From: an uncultured Phycisphaerales bacterium
GTDB taxonomy: Bacteria; Planctomycetota; Phycisphaerae; Tepidisphaerales; Tepidisphaeraceae
Assembly (NCBI GenBank): GCA_963755915.1
Contig: CAVWLP010000002.1
Coordinates: forward strand, 4,160,001-4,224,000
DNA length: 64,000 nt
Direction: 5' to 3'
The notes below the pieces were generated by a model. It saw only the letters and a list, made by a program, of their open reading frames with translations. It had not been told where the DNA came from and did not search any database. Position numbers and translations under genes: made by a program. Shown here piece after piece: positions 42,112 to 56,271 of the stretch; positions within the stretch are counted from its first letter, which is position 1; each line of letters begins with the position of its first letter.

Positions 42112-43623
42112 TCACCGATTCGAAAACCGCGGGGCATCATTATCAGGATCAAGATGCTCATCCGGACGATAATCCGTCCGCTTCGAATCCGCATCGTGCA
42201 ACTGATGGGCATGCTCATGGGCCTGCGGCATCACCGTCTTCACTTCCGCCATCGCTATCGTCGGCAAAAACCGGCAGAAGAGCAGGAACAGCGTCATGAA
42301 CAATCCAAAGCTTCCCGCCAGCGTGCACAGATCGACCCAGGTCGGCCAGAAGGCATGCCAGCTCGACGGCAGAAAATCCCGCGTCAGAGATTCAGGAATA
42401 ATTTCAAACCGCTCAAACCACATTCCAACATTGCCCAGCACGCCGATCACCCAGATCCACCACATGTTCATCCGCAGCTTTTTCGACCACAGCGTCTGCG
42501 GCGCCACCACGTTGCAGAAGACCATCGTGCACCAGCTCCAACAATACGGGCCAAATGCGCGATTATAGAACGTGAACTGCTCGTGCGGGTTGCTGCTATA
42601 GGCGGCGATGAAGAATTCCGTCATGTAGGAATAGCCCACCATCATGCTGGTCGCCAGCGTGATCTTGCACATGTTGTCCATGTGCCGCAGGGTGATGACG
42701 TCCTTAAGCCCAAAAAGCTGCCGCGCCGGAACCGCCAGGCAGATCACCATCGCAAACCCGCCGAAGATCGCCCCCGCCACGAAGTAAGGCGGGAACACCG
42801 TCGTATGCCAACCCGGAATCTGCGACACCGCCATGTCGAACGACACCGTCGAGTGCACCGAAAGCACCAGCGGCGTCGCCAGCGCCGCCAGCATCAGGTA
42901 GGCCCGTTCATAGCGGTGCCAGTGCCGGCTCGACCCGTTCCATCCCACCGAAAGAATCCCATAGGCAATCTGCTTGATCTTCGACTTCGAGCGGTCGCGG
43001 AACGTCGCGATGTCAGGGATCATCCCCATGTACCAGAAGAGCAGCGAAACCGTCGCATACGTGCCCACCGCGAATACGTCCCACATCAGCGGCGAACGGA
43101 ACTGCGGCCACAGGTCCATCTGGTCCGGAATCGGAAAGAGCCAGTAAGCCAGCCACGGCCGCCCCACGTGAATCCCCGGAAACAGCCCGGCGCAGCAGAC
43201 GGCGAAAATCGTCATCGCCTCCGCCAGCCGATTGATCCCCGTCCGCCAGTTTTGCCGGAAAAGGTAAAGAATCGCGCTGATCAGCGTTCCGGCGTGACCA
43301 ATTCCCACCCAGAAGACGAAATTAACGATTCCAAATCCCCACCCCACCGGCTGGTTATTTCCCCAGATGCCAATGCCGGTCAGGAACAGGTAGCCGACCA
43401 TCGACCCCAGCAACCCCAGCAGCGCCAGTGAAATCCCCAGCCCCACATACCACGCCTTCGGCGGCGCCGGGCGCTCCATCACGCTGGCGACCAGGGACGT
43501 CACCGTCGTGAAATCACGCCCGCCCGTCACCAGCGGGGCGCGAAAACGCGGATCTTCCGTCGTGTTGTCGGCTTCTTTCGTCGCTGCGATGCGTGAAAAT
43601 TCTGTTGACGCGATACTTGCCAT
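42112..43623 (-). CDS. actC: Alternative complex III NrfD-type subunit ActC
   Basis: [66 protein letters not shown]. Confidence 0.95.
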   Translation of the reverse strand: MASIASTEFSRIAATKEADNTTEDPRFRAPLVTGGRDFTTVTSLVASVMERPAPPKAWYVGLGISLALLGLLGSMVGYLFLTGIGIWGNNQPVGWGFGIVNFVFWVGIGHAGTLISAILYLFRQNWRTGINRLAEAMTIFAVCCAGLFPGIHVGRPWLAYWLFPIPDQMDLWPQFRSPLMWDVFAVGTYATVSLLFWYMGMIPDIATFRDRSKSKIKQIAYGILSVGWNGSSRHWHRYERAYLMLAALATPLVLSVHSTVSFDMAVSQIPGWHTTVFPPYFVAGAIFGGFAMVICLAVPARQLFGLKDVITLRHMDNMCKITLATSMMVGYSYMTEFFIAAYSSNPHEQFTFYNRAFGPYCWSWCTMVFCNVVAPQTLWSKKLRMNMWWIWVIGVLGNVGMWFERFEIIPESLTRDFLPSSWHAFWPTWVDLCTLAGSFGLFMTLFLLFCRFLPTIAMAEVKTVMPQAHEHAHQLHDADSKRTDYRPDEHLDPDNDAPRFSNR

Positions 43624-43626
43624 CTC

Positions 43627-46600
43627 TTAAACCTGCGCTTCCACGGGGTTACTGATCTTGGCCAGATATTTATTCCGCGGCTTTGTCGCCAGCGCCTCAT
43701 CGAGCAGGCCGTACGACCGCGAATCCGCGTGCAATTTCGACACCTTCGATTTCTTGTCCGCCAGATCGCCAAAGACGATCGCCTGCGTCGGGCAGGCCTG
43801 CTGGCAGGCGGTCAGGATGTCGCCGTCGTTAAGCTTTTCATGGCGCGCGCCCTTGGCGATGGTCGTCGTGTGAATCCGCTGGATGCAGAAGGTGCATTTC
43901 TCCATCACGCCGCGCATCCGCACCGTCACCTCCGGATTAAACATCATCCGCTCGACTTTGGGAATCTGATCCATGTCCTGCTGGTCCGGGATATTCAGGT
44001 AAGGCTTCGGATATTTGTCATGCCGCGGGTCCTGGCAGTGCCAGTCGAGATAATTAAACCGCCGCACTTTGTACGGGCAGTTGTTGCTGCAATACCGCGT
44101 CCCCACGCAGCGGTTGTAAACCATCACGTTCAGCCCCTCGGTGTCGTGCGTCGTCGCCCCCACCGGGCAAACCTGCTCGCACGGCGCGTTCTCGCACTGC
44201 TGGCACGCCACCGGCTGGAAGACCACTTCCGGATTCGGATCGTCGGCGTCTCCCTTGAAATACCGGTCGATCCGGATCCAGTGCATCTGCCGATTCTTCT
44301 GCACGTTGTCCTTGCCGACGATGGGAATATTATTCTCCGCCTGGCAAGCCACCACGCACGCCTGGCACCCGATGCACTTCGACAAATCGATCGACATCCC
44401 CCACTTGTGCGGCCCAATGAATTCCTCCGGCGGCGGCACATACAGCGACAGCGAAACCGAGCCGTCCTCATTCTCCTTGAACAGGTCCGGATTGCTCTGG
44501 AGTTCGCTCGCGGTCGCTTCGCGGATGATTTCAGCGGTCTGATACTTTTTCTCTCCGACTTCCTTCTGTCGCATATCGATGCCGATGGTGTCGAAGAGAT
44601 GGTGGTCCTGCGTCGTCGCCAGGTCGTAATAATTCCCCGACGCCTTCACATCCCCAGGCGCGAAATACATCGCGCCGCTCGTCCGCAGGACGTAGGTATT
44701 CACCCCCACGTTCGATCCGATGTGTTCCCCCATCGTGCGCCCATATCCCAGCGGCAGCCCAATCACCCCCACCGGCTGCCCGGGCTGCACGAAGCAGACG
44801 ATTTCGATCGACTTCCCCCCCACCGTGACCGTCACCATGTCATTGATCGCCACCCCCAGCGCCGTCGCGTCCTTCGGCGAGATCAGCGCTGCGTTGTCCC
44901 AGACGATCTTCGAAAACGGATCGGGAATCTCCTGCAGCCACCCGCTCGTCGCGAATCGCCCGTCGTAAAGCTTCCAATCCTGCTGGAACCGGATCGTATA
45001 TCCCGACTCCGCCGGCGTCTCCTTAAACTGCGGCGGGTTCGCCTGAACAGTTATTTCCCCAAAGCGCGTTCCCGTCGATCATTCCGTTGTTCAGCGCCAA
45101 CTGCCAGGCGATATCATCGAAATTCGTGAAGGTCTTTTTCACGATATCATCGCTGGCAATCTCGCTTTCCCCCGCGATCAGCGCCAAAAGCTGCTCCGCC
45201 GTCACCCCGTTATAAAGCGGTTCAATCAGCGGCTGGCAGATGCTCGCCGTCCCATCCCACGTCCGCGCATCGCTCCACGCCTCAAGGAAATGCGCCCGAT
45301 TAATATGCCACGACGCCGCGTGTGACGTTTCATTGTCGTAAAGGCTCAGATGAACCGACGTCGCCGCCCCTTTCATCGCCGTGCCAAAATCCAAATCCGC
45401 CGGCGCATCATAAACAGGATTCCCGCCGATGATGATCAGCGTCTTAACCTGATTTGCCTTCAACTTATTCGTCAGATCGGTAATCGCCTCAAGATGGCTG
45501 GGCCGATCCCCGTCCGGCTCATCGTGCAGCGTCACCGTCGATCCCACCGCCCCAATCTTCGCATTAATCGCATACCCGAGCGACTGAAGATCGGGCGAAA
45601 CCTGCGGCCCCACCGCAACCACGCTCTTCCCCGGATTGGCGTTGATGTCCGCCATCAGGTTCTTGAGCATCGCCAGCTCCCCCGCGGTCAAAACGCTCGA
45701 TTTATCCGCCCCGCCCGCTCCCAGTTGCGACGCCAGAGTTGCCAGAAACGCCGCCACATGCGACGGCGTTGCCCCCAGCCGGCAATCCGCGACGCCCCCC
45801 GAAATCGTCATCGCGCTTTCAATCGCGTAAACCCGATTCCACTGATGCTCTTTGTTGGGCCGATTCGACGCCCATTCCCCCGCATATTTCACGTGGGATG
45901 GATGCGTTCCCAGCGGATCGGCATCGATCAGCGCCACCACCATTGCCTTGTCCAGGTGGAGCACCTGCCGAACCGCTTTTCCAAACGCGGCCTTCGACGC
46001 CGCGATTTCATTATCCCGGCTCAGCGCTTCGTATTCATAAATCGCCGCGCTGTTGAACCGCTTTAATATTGCCGCTTTCAGCCTTGCCGCCGTCTGGCTC
46101 GAAGTCGATTCACTGAGAATCGCCAGCCCATCCCCGGTTATCGTCGACCCAACCATCGCCGCAAACGTCGCCCAATCGCTGGCCACATCGCTCCCGTGCG
46201 ACCGGTCGATCACTCCCTGGCTCCGCTCCGGATCGTACATTTCCAATATCGCCGCCTGCGCCAGCGCATCCGCCGACCCCGCCCGACCCTTCACCGTCTG
46301 CGAAGCCGGGTGCGTCGGATTCCCCTCGATCTTGATCGGCCTGCCGTCAAAGCTCGTCACCAGCAACGGGCTTCCCACGCCGCCGAGTTCCATGATCGTC
46401 GCATATTGAACCGGCACCCCCGGATCGCGATTCGCCGGCCGGCTCGTGTACGGCGCAATCTTCTCCTCCGGCCACCGCCGGCAGCTCGTCAGCGTCAGCC
46501 CCGCCAGCGCCATCGACGCGCTCGCCAGCTTCATGAACCGCCGACGCGTCACCCCGGACATATTCAGCATCTCATTCGGGTCATACGCCGCGAATTCCTT

Positions 46601-46684
46601 CTCCGCCGCATCGCGCACCGCCGGCTCATCCGCCAGATGCGCCAGACTTCGCCAGTATTCACGTTGCGCCGAATGATGCTTCAT
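43627..46684 (-). CDS. actB: Alternative complex III subunit ActB (molybdopterin-like plus Fe-S domains; frameshift near 45040)
   Basis: YWRSL, TAT motif TRRRFMK, GRPIKIEGNPTHP, CIGCQACVVAC, CQQCENAPCEQVCP, CVGTRYCSNNCPY, MEKCTFC. Confidence 0.92.
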
Positions 46685-46689
46685 ATCTC

Positions 46690-47380
46690 TCACCGATGAC
46701 ACGTTGAACAACTCTGCATGTACGCCTTGTCGTGAATGTGATACGTCTCCATGCACTCTTCCGCGAGCGTCGCCGCCTCCGCCGGATCCGCCGGCGGCGT
46801 CCAGTTCATATCCGTCACAGAAACACCCTTCGGCCTCAAATGCGACCCCGGATCGCGATGGCAATCCAAACACCACCCCATGCTCAGGGGCTTGGCCTGA
46901 TAAACCCGCTCCATCTGGTCGATCCTGCCGTGACACTCAATGCACCCCACGCCATGCGTCACGTGCGCCTGGTGGCTGAAGTAAACGTATTCCGGCAGAT
47001 CATGCACCTTAATCCATTCCACCGGCTTCCCCGTCGCCCAGCTCTGCCGAATCGGCTCCAGCGCCGTCGCTCTGCGTCCGGATATTCGTATGGCAGTTCA
47101 TGCACGTTTCCGTCGGCGGAATAGCCGCGAAATTGGCCCGCTCCACTGTGTTGTGGCAATACCGGCAATCTATCCCAAGTTTCCCCGCATGAAGCGCGTG
47201 ACTATATGGAACCGGCTGCACCGGCGAATACCCCACCGCCGTCGTCTTCGGCGACGCGCCCAGCCCCACCACCGTCGGAACGTAGAAAACCCCGCCCAGA
47301 ACTCCCATCACAATAGCAGGCAGCAAATAGTTCGCCCATTTGGGGAACACAAACGGCTGCTCATACCATTCCTGCGTCAT
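46690..47380 (-). CDS. actA: Alternative complex III pentaheme cytochrome c ActA (frameshifted)
   Basis: Five CxxCH motifs (CRYCH, CMNCH, CIECH, CLDCH, CSTCH) across two ORFs. Confidence 0.92.
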
Positions 47381-47494
47381 CGTAATTGTTCTGCTGTTCC
47401 AGCGCCCCTGGAAACATCACCAAGTAGCGCCATCGTCCATGACCAAGGCGAGCAGATATTACTTACGACTTGCTCGAACGCGATGCCGAGAGGG

Positions 47495-47511
47495 TGCGGC
47501 ATTTGGTCGCA
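47495..47511. promoter_or_regulatory. RegA/PrrA-type binding box upstream of actA
   Basis: TGCGGC-ATTTG-GTCGCA fits the GCGGC-N5-GTCGC RegA/PrrA/RegR pattern; about 115 bp upstream of actA and next to regA. Confidence 0.65.
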
Positions 47512-47680
47512 TAGTTGGAACTCTCTCAGAGATGTTTTCGAAATGCAAGAGACGCGCGCCCACTTTCATTGCAAAAATTAAATCCCGAAAATCAAAAACA
47601 TTTGTGCGCTCAGCGCTTTCCCGTGTAGCCGGCCGGCTTGCCGGCCGCGCGCTTTGCAAGCAGGCGCCGCATCGCGCCCC

Positions 47681-48216
47681 TCACTCCTCCGGCGGATACT
47701 TCTGCAACTTCCTCTGCAGCGACCGCCGGTGAATCCCCAGCACCCGCGCCGCCTTCGAAATGTTCCCCCCGCAATCGGTCAATATTCTCTGAATGTGCTC
47801 CCACTCCACCCGCGCCAGCGACGGTGCGCTGGATGATTCCATCGCCCCGCCATTGATCGCCGTCTTCTCCCCCTTCTTGCCAAACGCCGCCAGGATCTGA
47901 TCCGCATCCGCCGGCTTGGTGAGATAATCCCGCGCCCGCGCCGCGTCGCTTCCAGCGCCGTCGCGATGCTCCCATATCCCGTCAGTACCACGATCGCCAT
48001 CTCCGAATTGATCCCCAGCAGATCGCTCACCAGTTCCAGCCCCGATCCCCCCGGCATGCGAAGATCCAGCACCGCCCGCATCGGCTTCTGCTTCGCCGCC
48101 AGCTCCTTCGCCTCCTGCGGCGAACCCGCCCCGCACGCCTGCATCCCCCGCGCCTCCAGCGCACTGACCAGTCGCGACCGAAACGTCACATCGTCATCCA
48201 CAACCATGATGCTCAT
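47681..48216 (-). CDS. regA: RegA/PrrA/ActR response regulator (frameshifted)
   Basis: VDDD, LDLRM, LTGYGSIATA, YLTKPAD, SLARVEWEHIQRILTDCGGNISKAARVLGIHRRSLQRKL. Confidence 0.9.
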
Positions 48217-49515
48217 CGGCTCTCTCCATTCACGCTCGCCACAGCCGCCGTCGGAAGCTCCAGCGTCGCACGCGTCCCTCTTCCCGGCTCCGACTCCAGC
48301 CGCAGCGATCCGCCCAACTTTTCCGCCACCAGTCTAACCAAAAACAATCCCATGCCCATCCCCTTGCCCGGCGGCTTGGTCGTGAAAAACGGCTCCCCCG
48401 CCCGCCTCACCACTTCCGCGCTCATTCCCGCACCCTGGTCGCTCACCTCAAAAATAATCTGCCCGTTCCAGGCCGAAATCCACAGCCGCACCCATTTCCC
48501 CTTTGGCGAAGCTTCCAGCGCATTATCCACCAAAATCCCCACCGCCTGCTCCACCGCGCTCAGCGGCAGCGATATCTCCGGCAGATTCGCCGAGTGCTGA
48601 ATTTCCAAACTCTCCCCCCCACCGCTTTCATCTCCTCCGATAATTTCTCGACGAACTCTTTCGCCCCCATCGGCGCGCTCTTCGGTGAATCCCCATGCAA
48701 AACATCCACCCGCATCCGGCTCAGAATCACCTGGCATCGGTCGATCTCCCGCCGAATCAGCCGCGCGTCCTCCGCCATCGACTCCCCATTCCCGCGCTTT
48801 TCCGATTGCAGCTCCAGCTCCCGCGCCACCACCGCGATCGTGCTTAGCGGCGTATTCAGCTCATGCGCCGCCCCCGCCGCAAGAGTTGTCAGCGACGCCA
48901 GACGCTCGTTCCGCGCCCCCCTTCGCGCTCCGCCTCCAGCGCCTTCTCATGCCGCCGCAATGACTGCGTCATCCGCCCGACGAAGTATGCGATCACAATC
49001 GCCACCAGCGCCAGCGCTATCCACTGAATCGCTTCCTGCGACCCCCGCCCCAGCACCAGCTTCTCATTCCGTGGCCAGAAAAACAGCAGCCCGTAACAAC
49101 CCGTCGTCGCCCCCACCAGCACCCACTGCCACCCCTCCTGAAGCGTCACCACTGCCATCGCGACGTGCACCAGGTACAAAATGCAAAACGGATTCGCCGC
49201 CCCGCCCGCGCAAAGCAGCAGCGCCGTCAGCAGGCAGACGTCGAGCATCAGCACCGCCGGCACGATCCACCCCGCCACGCGCCGCCGCGGCCAAGCCTGA
49301 AGGATTAGATTGCTGAACCCCGTAACCGCAATGATCGTCCCCATCCCCCGCAGCGGCAGCGGCAACTCAAGAATCCCCACCGCCGCCAGCGTCGCCACAA
49401 TCTGCCCCGCCAGCGCCAGCCACCTCAGCCGCACCAGCCACTGAAGCACAATGGCCGGCTCCTCCACCACTGGAGAAGACAGCCCAAGCCGACGACCCGC
49501 TCCTGCCAGGTCCAT
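48213..49515 (-). CDS. regB: RegB/PrrB/ActS sensor histidine kinase (frameshifted)
   Basis: LVRLRWLALAGQ, GGAANPF quinone-site motif, AAHELNTPL H-box, DRC cysteine, EPFFTTK, GMGMGLF. Confidence 0.88.
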
Positions 49516-49646
49516 CCCGCTATCGTCGCGTTTCTATTCCCGACGGCAAGGGGCGCCCGTACCGCGCGCTTCTCCCCGTGCAGCCGCCCCGCTTGACTTC
49601 GGCGAGCTCAGTCGAGCCGTGGGGCGCGTCTTCCGATCCGAGAAAC

Positions 49647-50207
49647 CTACCGCGGCTCCTTATAAACCGACGCATCCTCCGATTCCCCAATCGACCCCAC
49701 CATCGCGTGCCCCGTCGGCCACTGCGTCACATAAAACATAAACGCCACCAGCGCCGGCAACAGGCTCGGCAGCAGCGAATTCGTCACGAAGCACCCCAGC
49801 AAACTGATGATGCCCCCAAACTCCAGCGCCACCCACATCGCCAGCATCCCGTAAAGATATTTCGTCGGCTCAATCGGATGCCCCGAATAGTACGGCTTGA
49901 AAACCCGGCTCCGCCAAAAGAAAGCCACCGGCACAACGACGATAAGATATCCCGAAGCACCCAGGAACCAATTCGGCGTCGACGTGAGCGTCCGAACCGA
50001 CTCATGAAACGCCGTCGCCCACACCGCGCCCAAAAAAAGGAAAAACGGGATCACCAGAAAAACAACCCAGGTAAGCCAAGCCAATCGAAGCGCCGTTCGC
50101 ACGGTAATCTGTCCACCCCTCAAACTCACCGAGCCCATCCCAGTGCCCAGCTCATTCGGGATCGGCCCATTCGGGAGCGCGCCATCCTGGATCGCAACAT
50201 TGGCCAT
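49647..50207 (-). CDS. Membrane hypothetical protein
   Basis: 186 aa, about 4 TM segments, AGGAG RBS. Confidence 0.7.
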   Translation of the reverse strand: MANVAIQDGALPNGPIPNELGTGMGSVSLRGGQITVRTALRLAWLTWVVFLVIPFFLFLGAVWATAFHESVRTLTSTPNWFLGASGYLIVVVPVAFFWRSRVFKPYYSGHPIEPTKYLYGMLAMWVALEFGGIISLLGCFVTNSLLPSLLPALVAFMFYVTQWPTGHAMVGSIGESEDASVYKEPR

Positions 50208-50357
50208 ATCGTTTCTCCTTATGTTATTTGGCCTATTGGTTCGTCTGTAATTCTAGCCGCCTCCTTGAATAAACGCAGTAGAAATAATGCTGAATTTCGA
50301 GGCCTTTTTTAATTTCCTCGTGACAAATATCACAATCCCATTCAATCGTGTCACCAT

Positions 50358-51733
50358 TCAATTCGGTGGAATCAGCGGATTCATCGGCTGCGTCAGCACC
50401 GCGCCCGGCAATCCCGTCTTGCTATACAACGGCGGCATTGCCACGCGCCGCGGGATGATCCCCGTATACGATGCCGTCGCCGCTTCAACGTGCGTCCGCC
50501 ACACCCACGTTATCGGACAATCGCTTCCGTCCCTCCGCGTATATCCCCCAATAAACAGCGTATCCAGTGATTCATTCATCGAAGTAACCGCCGGCCCCTC
50601 CCGATACGCCGCCGGCTCCGCCGGAAGATTCACGTTCACCCTCCGCCTCCCCTGCATGTCATCGACCACGGGGCTCAGCCATATATCAACCGCCAGCTTC
50701 ACCAGCGCCAGATTATTGAAGTGCCTCGGATCGATCACGCTGAAATTCGCCTCGTCCACGTCCTGCCGCAGATACTCCGCTTGAAACTCCACGGCTTGCT
50801 TGCCGTGATAATCCACCAGCACTGGAAACAGCACCGCGTTCCAATCGAACGCCGATTTATACATCGTAAACTCCAGCACCTGCCCGATCTGCCGCAGCGC
50901 CGCATCCGCCATGGCCCCCGTATCATCCTGCGGCGTCGGCGTCAGCTCCACCGTCACAATCTCCCGTGCCGAGTCCAGCCGCACCGCCTGAACCGCACAC
51001 CCATCCCCATCCGCGCACCGCAAAACCGCCTTCCTGATTTCCCCGCAAAGCTGATCCTCGACCCGCTGCTGATCCGCAGAAGTCCCCGCGACGATTCTCT
51101 GCTTCTCCGCCACGGCCGAATCGCTTGCCATCCAATCGTTCTCGACCTGCGTCAATTTTGCCGCCGCAGCAATCCACTCCTTTGAAGCCGAATCCAAATC
51201 CGTCTGGTCCTGGTTGATGTCCAGCCCCGCCCGGTCATCCTCATGCAGCTTCTGGACGGCGACATCCTTCTGCTGACGCTTTGCGTCCGCATCCGCCTTT
51301 GCCTGCAAATAATCCGCAGACCCGTGCAGCCGTTCGACGCTCTGCTTCCTCGCCGCCTCCAGGTCAACTTGCGCCGCCGCATTCGCCTCCCGCGCAATCC
51401 GCAGTTCTTCCTCCAGCTTCTTACACTCCGGCATCGCCGGCGGCGCATGCGGCAGCGTCGCCACCGAAAGCTCCGACTGCGCCGCCGCCGGCGGCGGCGT
51501 CGCCATCACCGGTCTAACCGGCGCCACCGGCGCCGCTGGAGGCGCCACGGGCATTGGGGGCGGAGCCGGCGCCTGCACAACCACCGGCGCGGCGCAGCCA
51601 CCGGCTTCTTCGACGCAAAATAAAATTGCGCGACGATCACCGCCGCGGCCAGAAAGGAAACCAGAATCAGAAATTCCCAAAACCCGGCGCCCCTGCGCCG
51701 AGAAAATCTTCTTCTGGTTGTAAACGCCTCCAT
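50358..51733 (-). CDS. Hypothetical protein with N-terminal TM/prepilin-like segment, Pro-rich linker and coiled coil (frameshift near 51600)
   Basis: MEAFTTRRRFSRRRG-AGFWEFLILVSFLAAAVIV joins the long downstream ORF after one shift. Confidence 0.55.
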
Positions 51734-51834
51734 GCTCTTTGGCGTCTGGATCATTGGGGTATGCAGTCAACTGTAGCCTTTGCCGCAGTTTCGTACAAAT
51801 GCTTAATGATTTCCCAACATTCGGCAATCGCCGT

Positions 51835-51921
51835 TCGGCATTTCCTAAGACCGCATATTCCCCGCCGCCTCCATCAGCACGTACACCGCATAAAGCGCAA
51901 TTAAAGCAATCCCCTCCGGCC
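51835..51921 (-). repeat. Diverged duplicate of the 3' end of the downstream Na/Ca antiporter gene
   Basis: About 87 bp matching 52662-52748; encodes RPEGIALIALYAVYVLMEAAGNMRS versus RPEGLTLIAIYAVYVLMEAAGNMRS. Confidence 0.85.
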
Positions 51922-52345
51922 GTCCCACCCGATCTCCGCGCCCCCACTCCCCCACCGACCTCCCTATCAAAGCTGTGGGGTGCTTGCACCCACAGAAAAT
52001 CCCCCCGCGCAACTCGCCCCCATCCCGAAAGCCCCAGCATGGCCATGCTGAGGCCTCCCGCACATTAACCTCGCCACTTAAAACCCCACGGGAGCCTTTC
52101 CCCCCATCCCGTCCACCCCGCCCCGTGCACGTTCCTTCCCGGCCGCAATAGCTCGCGATGCTTCGCCCGCTGTCGCATTGCTGCCGAACGATCGACTGCC
52201 AGCCGAAACACCGCCGCTATTGGGATTCGCTCACCTCGCCCAGTTCCCGTTATTGAGGGCTGGAAAACGCATTAATTGACCGGAAACCCACCAGAACCGA
52301 TCTCTCTATTCTTGGACTGCACGCGCTTGTATTCCCCCCTCACCA

Positions 52346-52570
52346 TCAAATACCAGGGAAAAATAGCAACCACAAGCAAAAACAACCAGCCGCCCAACCA
52401 GACGGGGTTTGAGGTCCAAGGGGCGAAATTTTTCTTCGTTGTTCCTTAGAAATGCCGGTCATCACGTTGGGTACATCTGAAGAAACCCAGACAATTGAAA
52501 CAACAAAAATCACCAGAACAGCGGTACCCATCAAATAATAAACGATTGATTCTAAAGCTTTATCATTCAT
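52346..52570 (-). CDS. Small low-GC membrane hypothetical protein or fragment
   Basis: MNDKALESIVYYLMGTAVLVIFVVSIVWV...; AT-rich segment between the duplicated gene ends. Confidence 0.45.
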   Translation of the reverse strand: MNDKALESIVYYLMGTAVLVIFVVSIVWVSSDVPNVMTGISKEQRRKISPLGPQTPSGWAAGCFCLWLLFFPGI

Positions 52571-52671
52571 TACGGTTTCCCACTATTCGGCATTTGGCAA
52601 TCGGACTTCGGTGAGCTCCCTTCGGGTCTGAGCCTCAGGGTCGAAGACAGTCGAACCGCAATCGGCATTTC

Positions 52672-53731
52672 TCAAGACCGCATATTCCCCGCCGCCTCCA
52701 TCAGCACATACACCGCATAAATCGCAATTAAAGTAAGTCCCTCCGGCCTCCCCATCCGCCACCTCCCCAGCGCCGCCGGAAAAAGCGGAAACGCCAGCAG
52801 AACCAGGATCACATTATCCACCCGCCAGGTAACCCACGAAAACGGCAGCGCCTCCGCCCTTCCCAGAACATGAATCGCATTCCCAAGCCCCATGTTCGGC
52901 GCACTTTGCAGCGGATACCAAAGCAAAATAACAATCGGCAGCAGCACGCAAAGATTCAGCAGCACCACATTCACCCCCGACGTAATCGCCGCCCACCCCC
53001 GGTCGCTCTGCGCAAGTTGCACCCGCTCAAAAGCATCGGCAGCACCAGCAGCGGACCCAGAACCGCCACCACCGTCGCCACGTCCGAAACCGCCGGAATC
53101 CCCTGGCTGATCCGCTCCGCCCCCAGAATCCCCGCAATCCCCCCCACGATGGAAAGCAAAATGCACACCGCCACCACCGCCCACCGCAGCGCCGCCGGCT
53201 GACGCTTCTCACTCGCCGGCACGTCCACATCCGTCGGAATAATCGTCTGCCTCGAACCCAGCTCCTGCCACGCAAAAAAAAGCGCACCCCCCTCGATAAA
53301 AAACATCAGCGCCTGCCGCCAAGAAAGGCTCCCCGCAAATCCAGCGAGCAGCGTGAGCAATCCCGCCGGCAGCACAAAGGGCCAAAACCGCCGATACTCC
53401 CCCGGCGCATCGAAGCTCGGCTTCACGATGCAGATCGATCCCACCAGCAACGACAAACACCCCACGCTGCTCGTAAAAATAATCGAAAGCGCCAAATCCC
53501 CGCGCCGAAAATAACCGCCACCACCGCCGTCGCCGCGATCGGAATCCAATGCCCCACCGCCCTCTGCCCCGGCGCTGATTCCCCTCCCGCCAGCGCCGCC
53601 ACCGCCGCCCGCGACGCCGTATAAAGAAGAATCGCGCCGAAGATCAGCAGAATCCGCCCCGAAAACAAAAACTCCATCAAGCCCGCCATCAGCCCGGAAG
53701 TCTGCGGGAGCGGCGCGGAAATGTAAAGCAC
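52672..53731 (-). CDS. Na/Ca exchanger-like membrane protein (frameshifted)
   Basis: Three overlapping hydrophobic ORFs forming a multi-pass protein with a C-terminal GRPEG-TM typical of CaCA-family proteins; assignment tentative. Confidence 0.5.
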
Positions 53732-53734
53732 GAC

Positions 53735-55146
<1,412 letters not shown>

Positions 55147-55176
55147 TCAAATATGCCCTGATTTGCGAATGATGCT

Positions 55177-56260
55177 CTATTGAAACCGCGAAATTTCATC
55201 TTCCGTCCGCTGATGCTTCGCCGTCGCCTTCCGCAGCGCCCGACGCTCCGCCCATTTCAGCGATTGCATTCCGCCCGTCGAAACCTTCGCCAGGATCGCG
55301 TCGATCCGGTCCCGCGCCGCCTTCTCCGCCTGCGCGATCTTCCGCGCCCGCCGGATCACCCGCCGGCTCAACCGCCGCCGCCGCCGCGGCTTCTCATCGC
55401 TCAGCAAGCTCCCGCTGAAATCAAACGACTCGCTCCAATCCTCCGGCCCGCTCTCGTGCAAAACCATCCGCCGCTGATACGCCTGGAAGCAGCAGCACAT
55501 CATCGCCGCCGCCACCAGCCACAACTGGCACGCCAGCGCGATCAGCCCCAGCATGATCGCCCCCACCAGCCCAACATTCGCCTCCACCAGCGTCGAGCGG
55601 AAATTCCCGATCATCGGCCACAGCACCGCCTGCATCATCCGCCCCCCGTCCAGCGGATAGATCGGCAACAGGTTCAGCAGAAACAACCGCCAGTTCGCGA
55701 AGAAAATCCACCAGCAATACATCGCCGGGTCCGACCACTTCCACCCCACCTCCGGAATATTCATATGCAGCGGATCCATCGAAACCGCCACCCGCGCCGC
55801 CCCCACCGCGTGCGGCCCAACCACCGGCGAAAAGAAATAAACCCCCGCCGCCGCCCCCACGCACAGCGCCAAACTAAGCAGCGGCCCGATCGCCGCCGTC
55901 AAAAAAGTCGGCCCCGGTCGATTCGGCGGCTCCGCCGGCACCAACCCCCCCACCGGCCAAAGCAGCGCCTCATCCCCGCATCCTCCCAGCCTCCGCGCCA
56001 CCAGGCAGTGCGCAAACTCGTGCACGAACACCATCCCCGTCCAAATCCCCACGCACATGCACCGCGCACGAAAACGGAAACGCTTTGTCCCCCCAGATCG
56101 GCAGCAGAATCCACACCACAAAAACGATCAGCGACGAATGCGCGCGGAACTCAACGCCAAAAATGTTGAACAGCCGCACCGATCCGCTCAGCAACCAGGA
56201 GAGTGGATTAGCCGATGCACCCCGGCGATCGCGAAAATGAGGTCGGTCTTCCCATGCCAT
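55177..56260 (-). CDS. Site-2 protease (M50 family), frameshifted
   Basis: HEFAH (HExxH), AIGP, NLLPIYPLDGGR; C-terminal IDAILAKVSTGG DUF6576-like tail. Confidence 0.88.
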
Positions 56261-56271
56261 ACGTGCTTCCT

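Noticed and set aside
41623-45129. Long plus-strand ORFs (602 aa, 466 aa) and similar Arg/Pro-rich ORFs elsewhere
   Set aside because: Antisense shadows of well-supported genes, common in high-GC DNA.
51835-52748. DGR template/variable repeat pair
   Set aside because: Differences are not confined to adenines of one copy and no reverse transcriptase is in the window.
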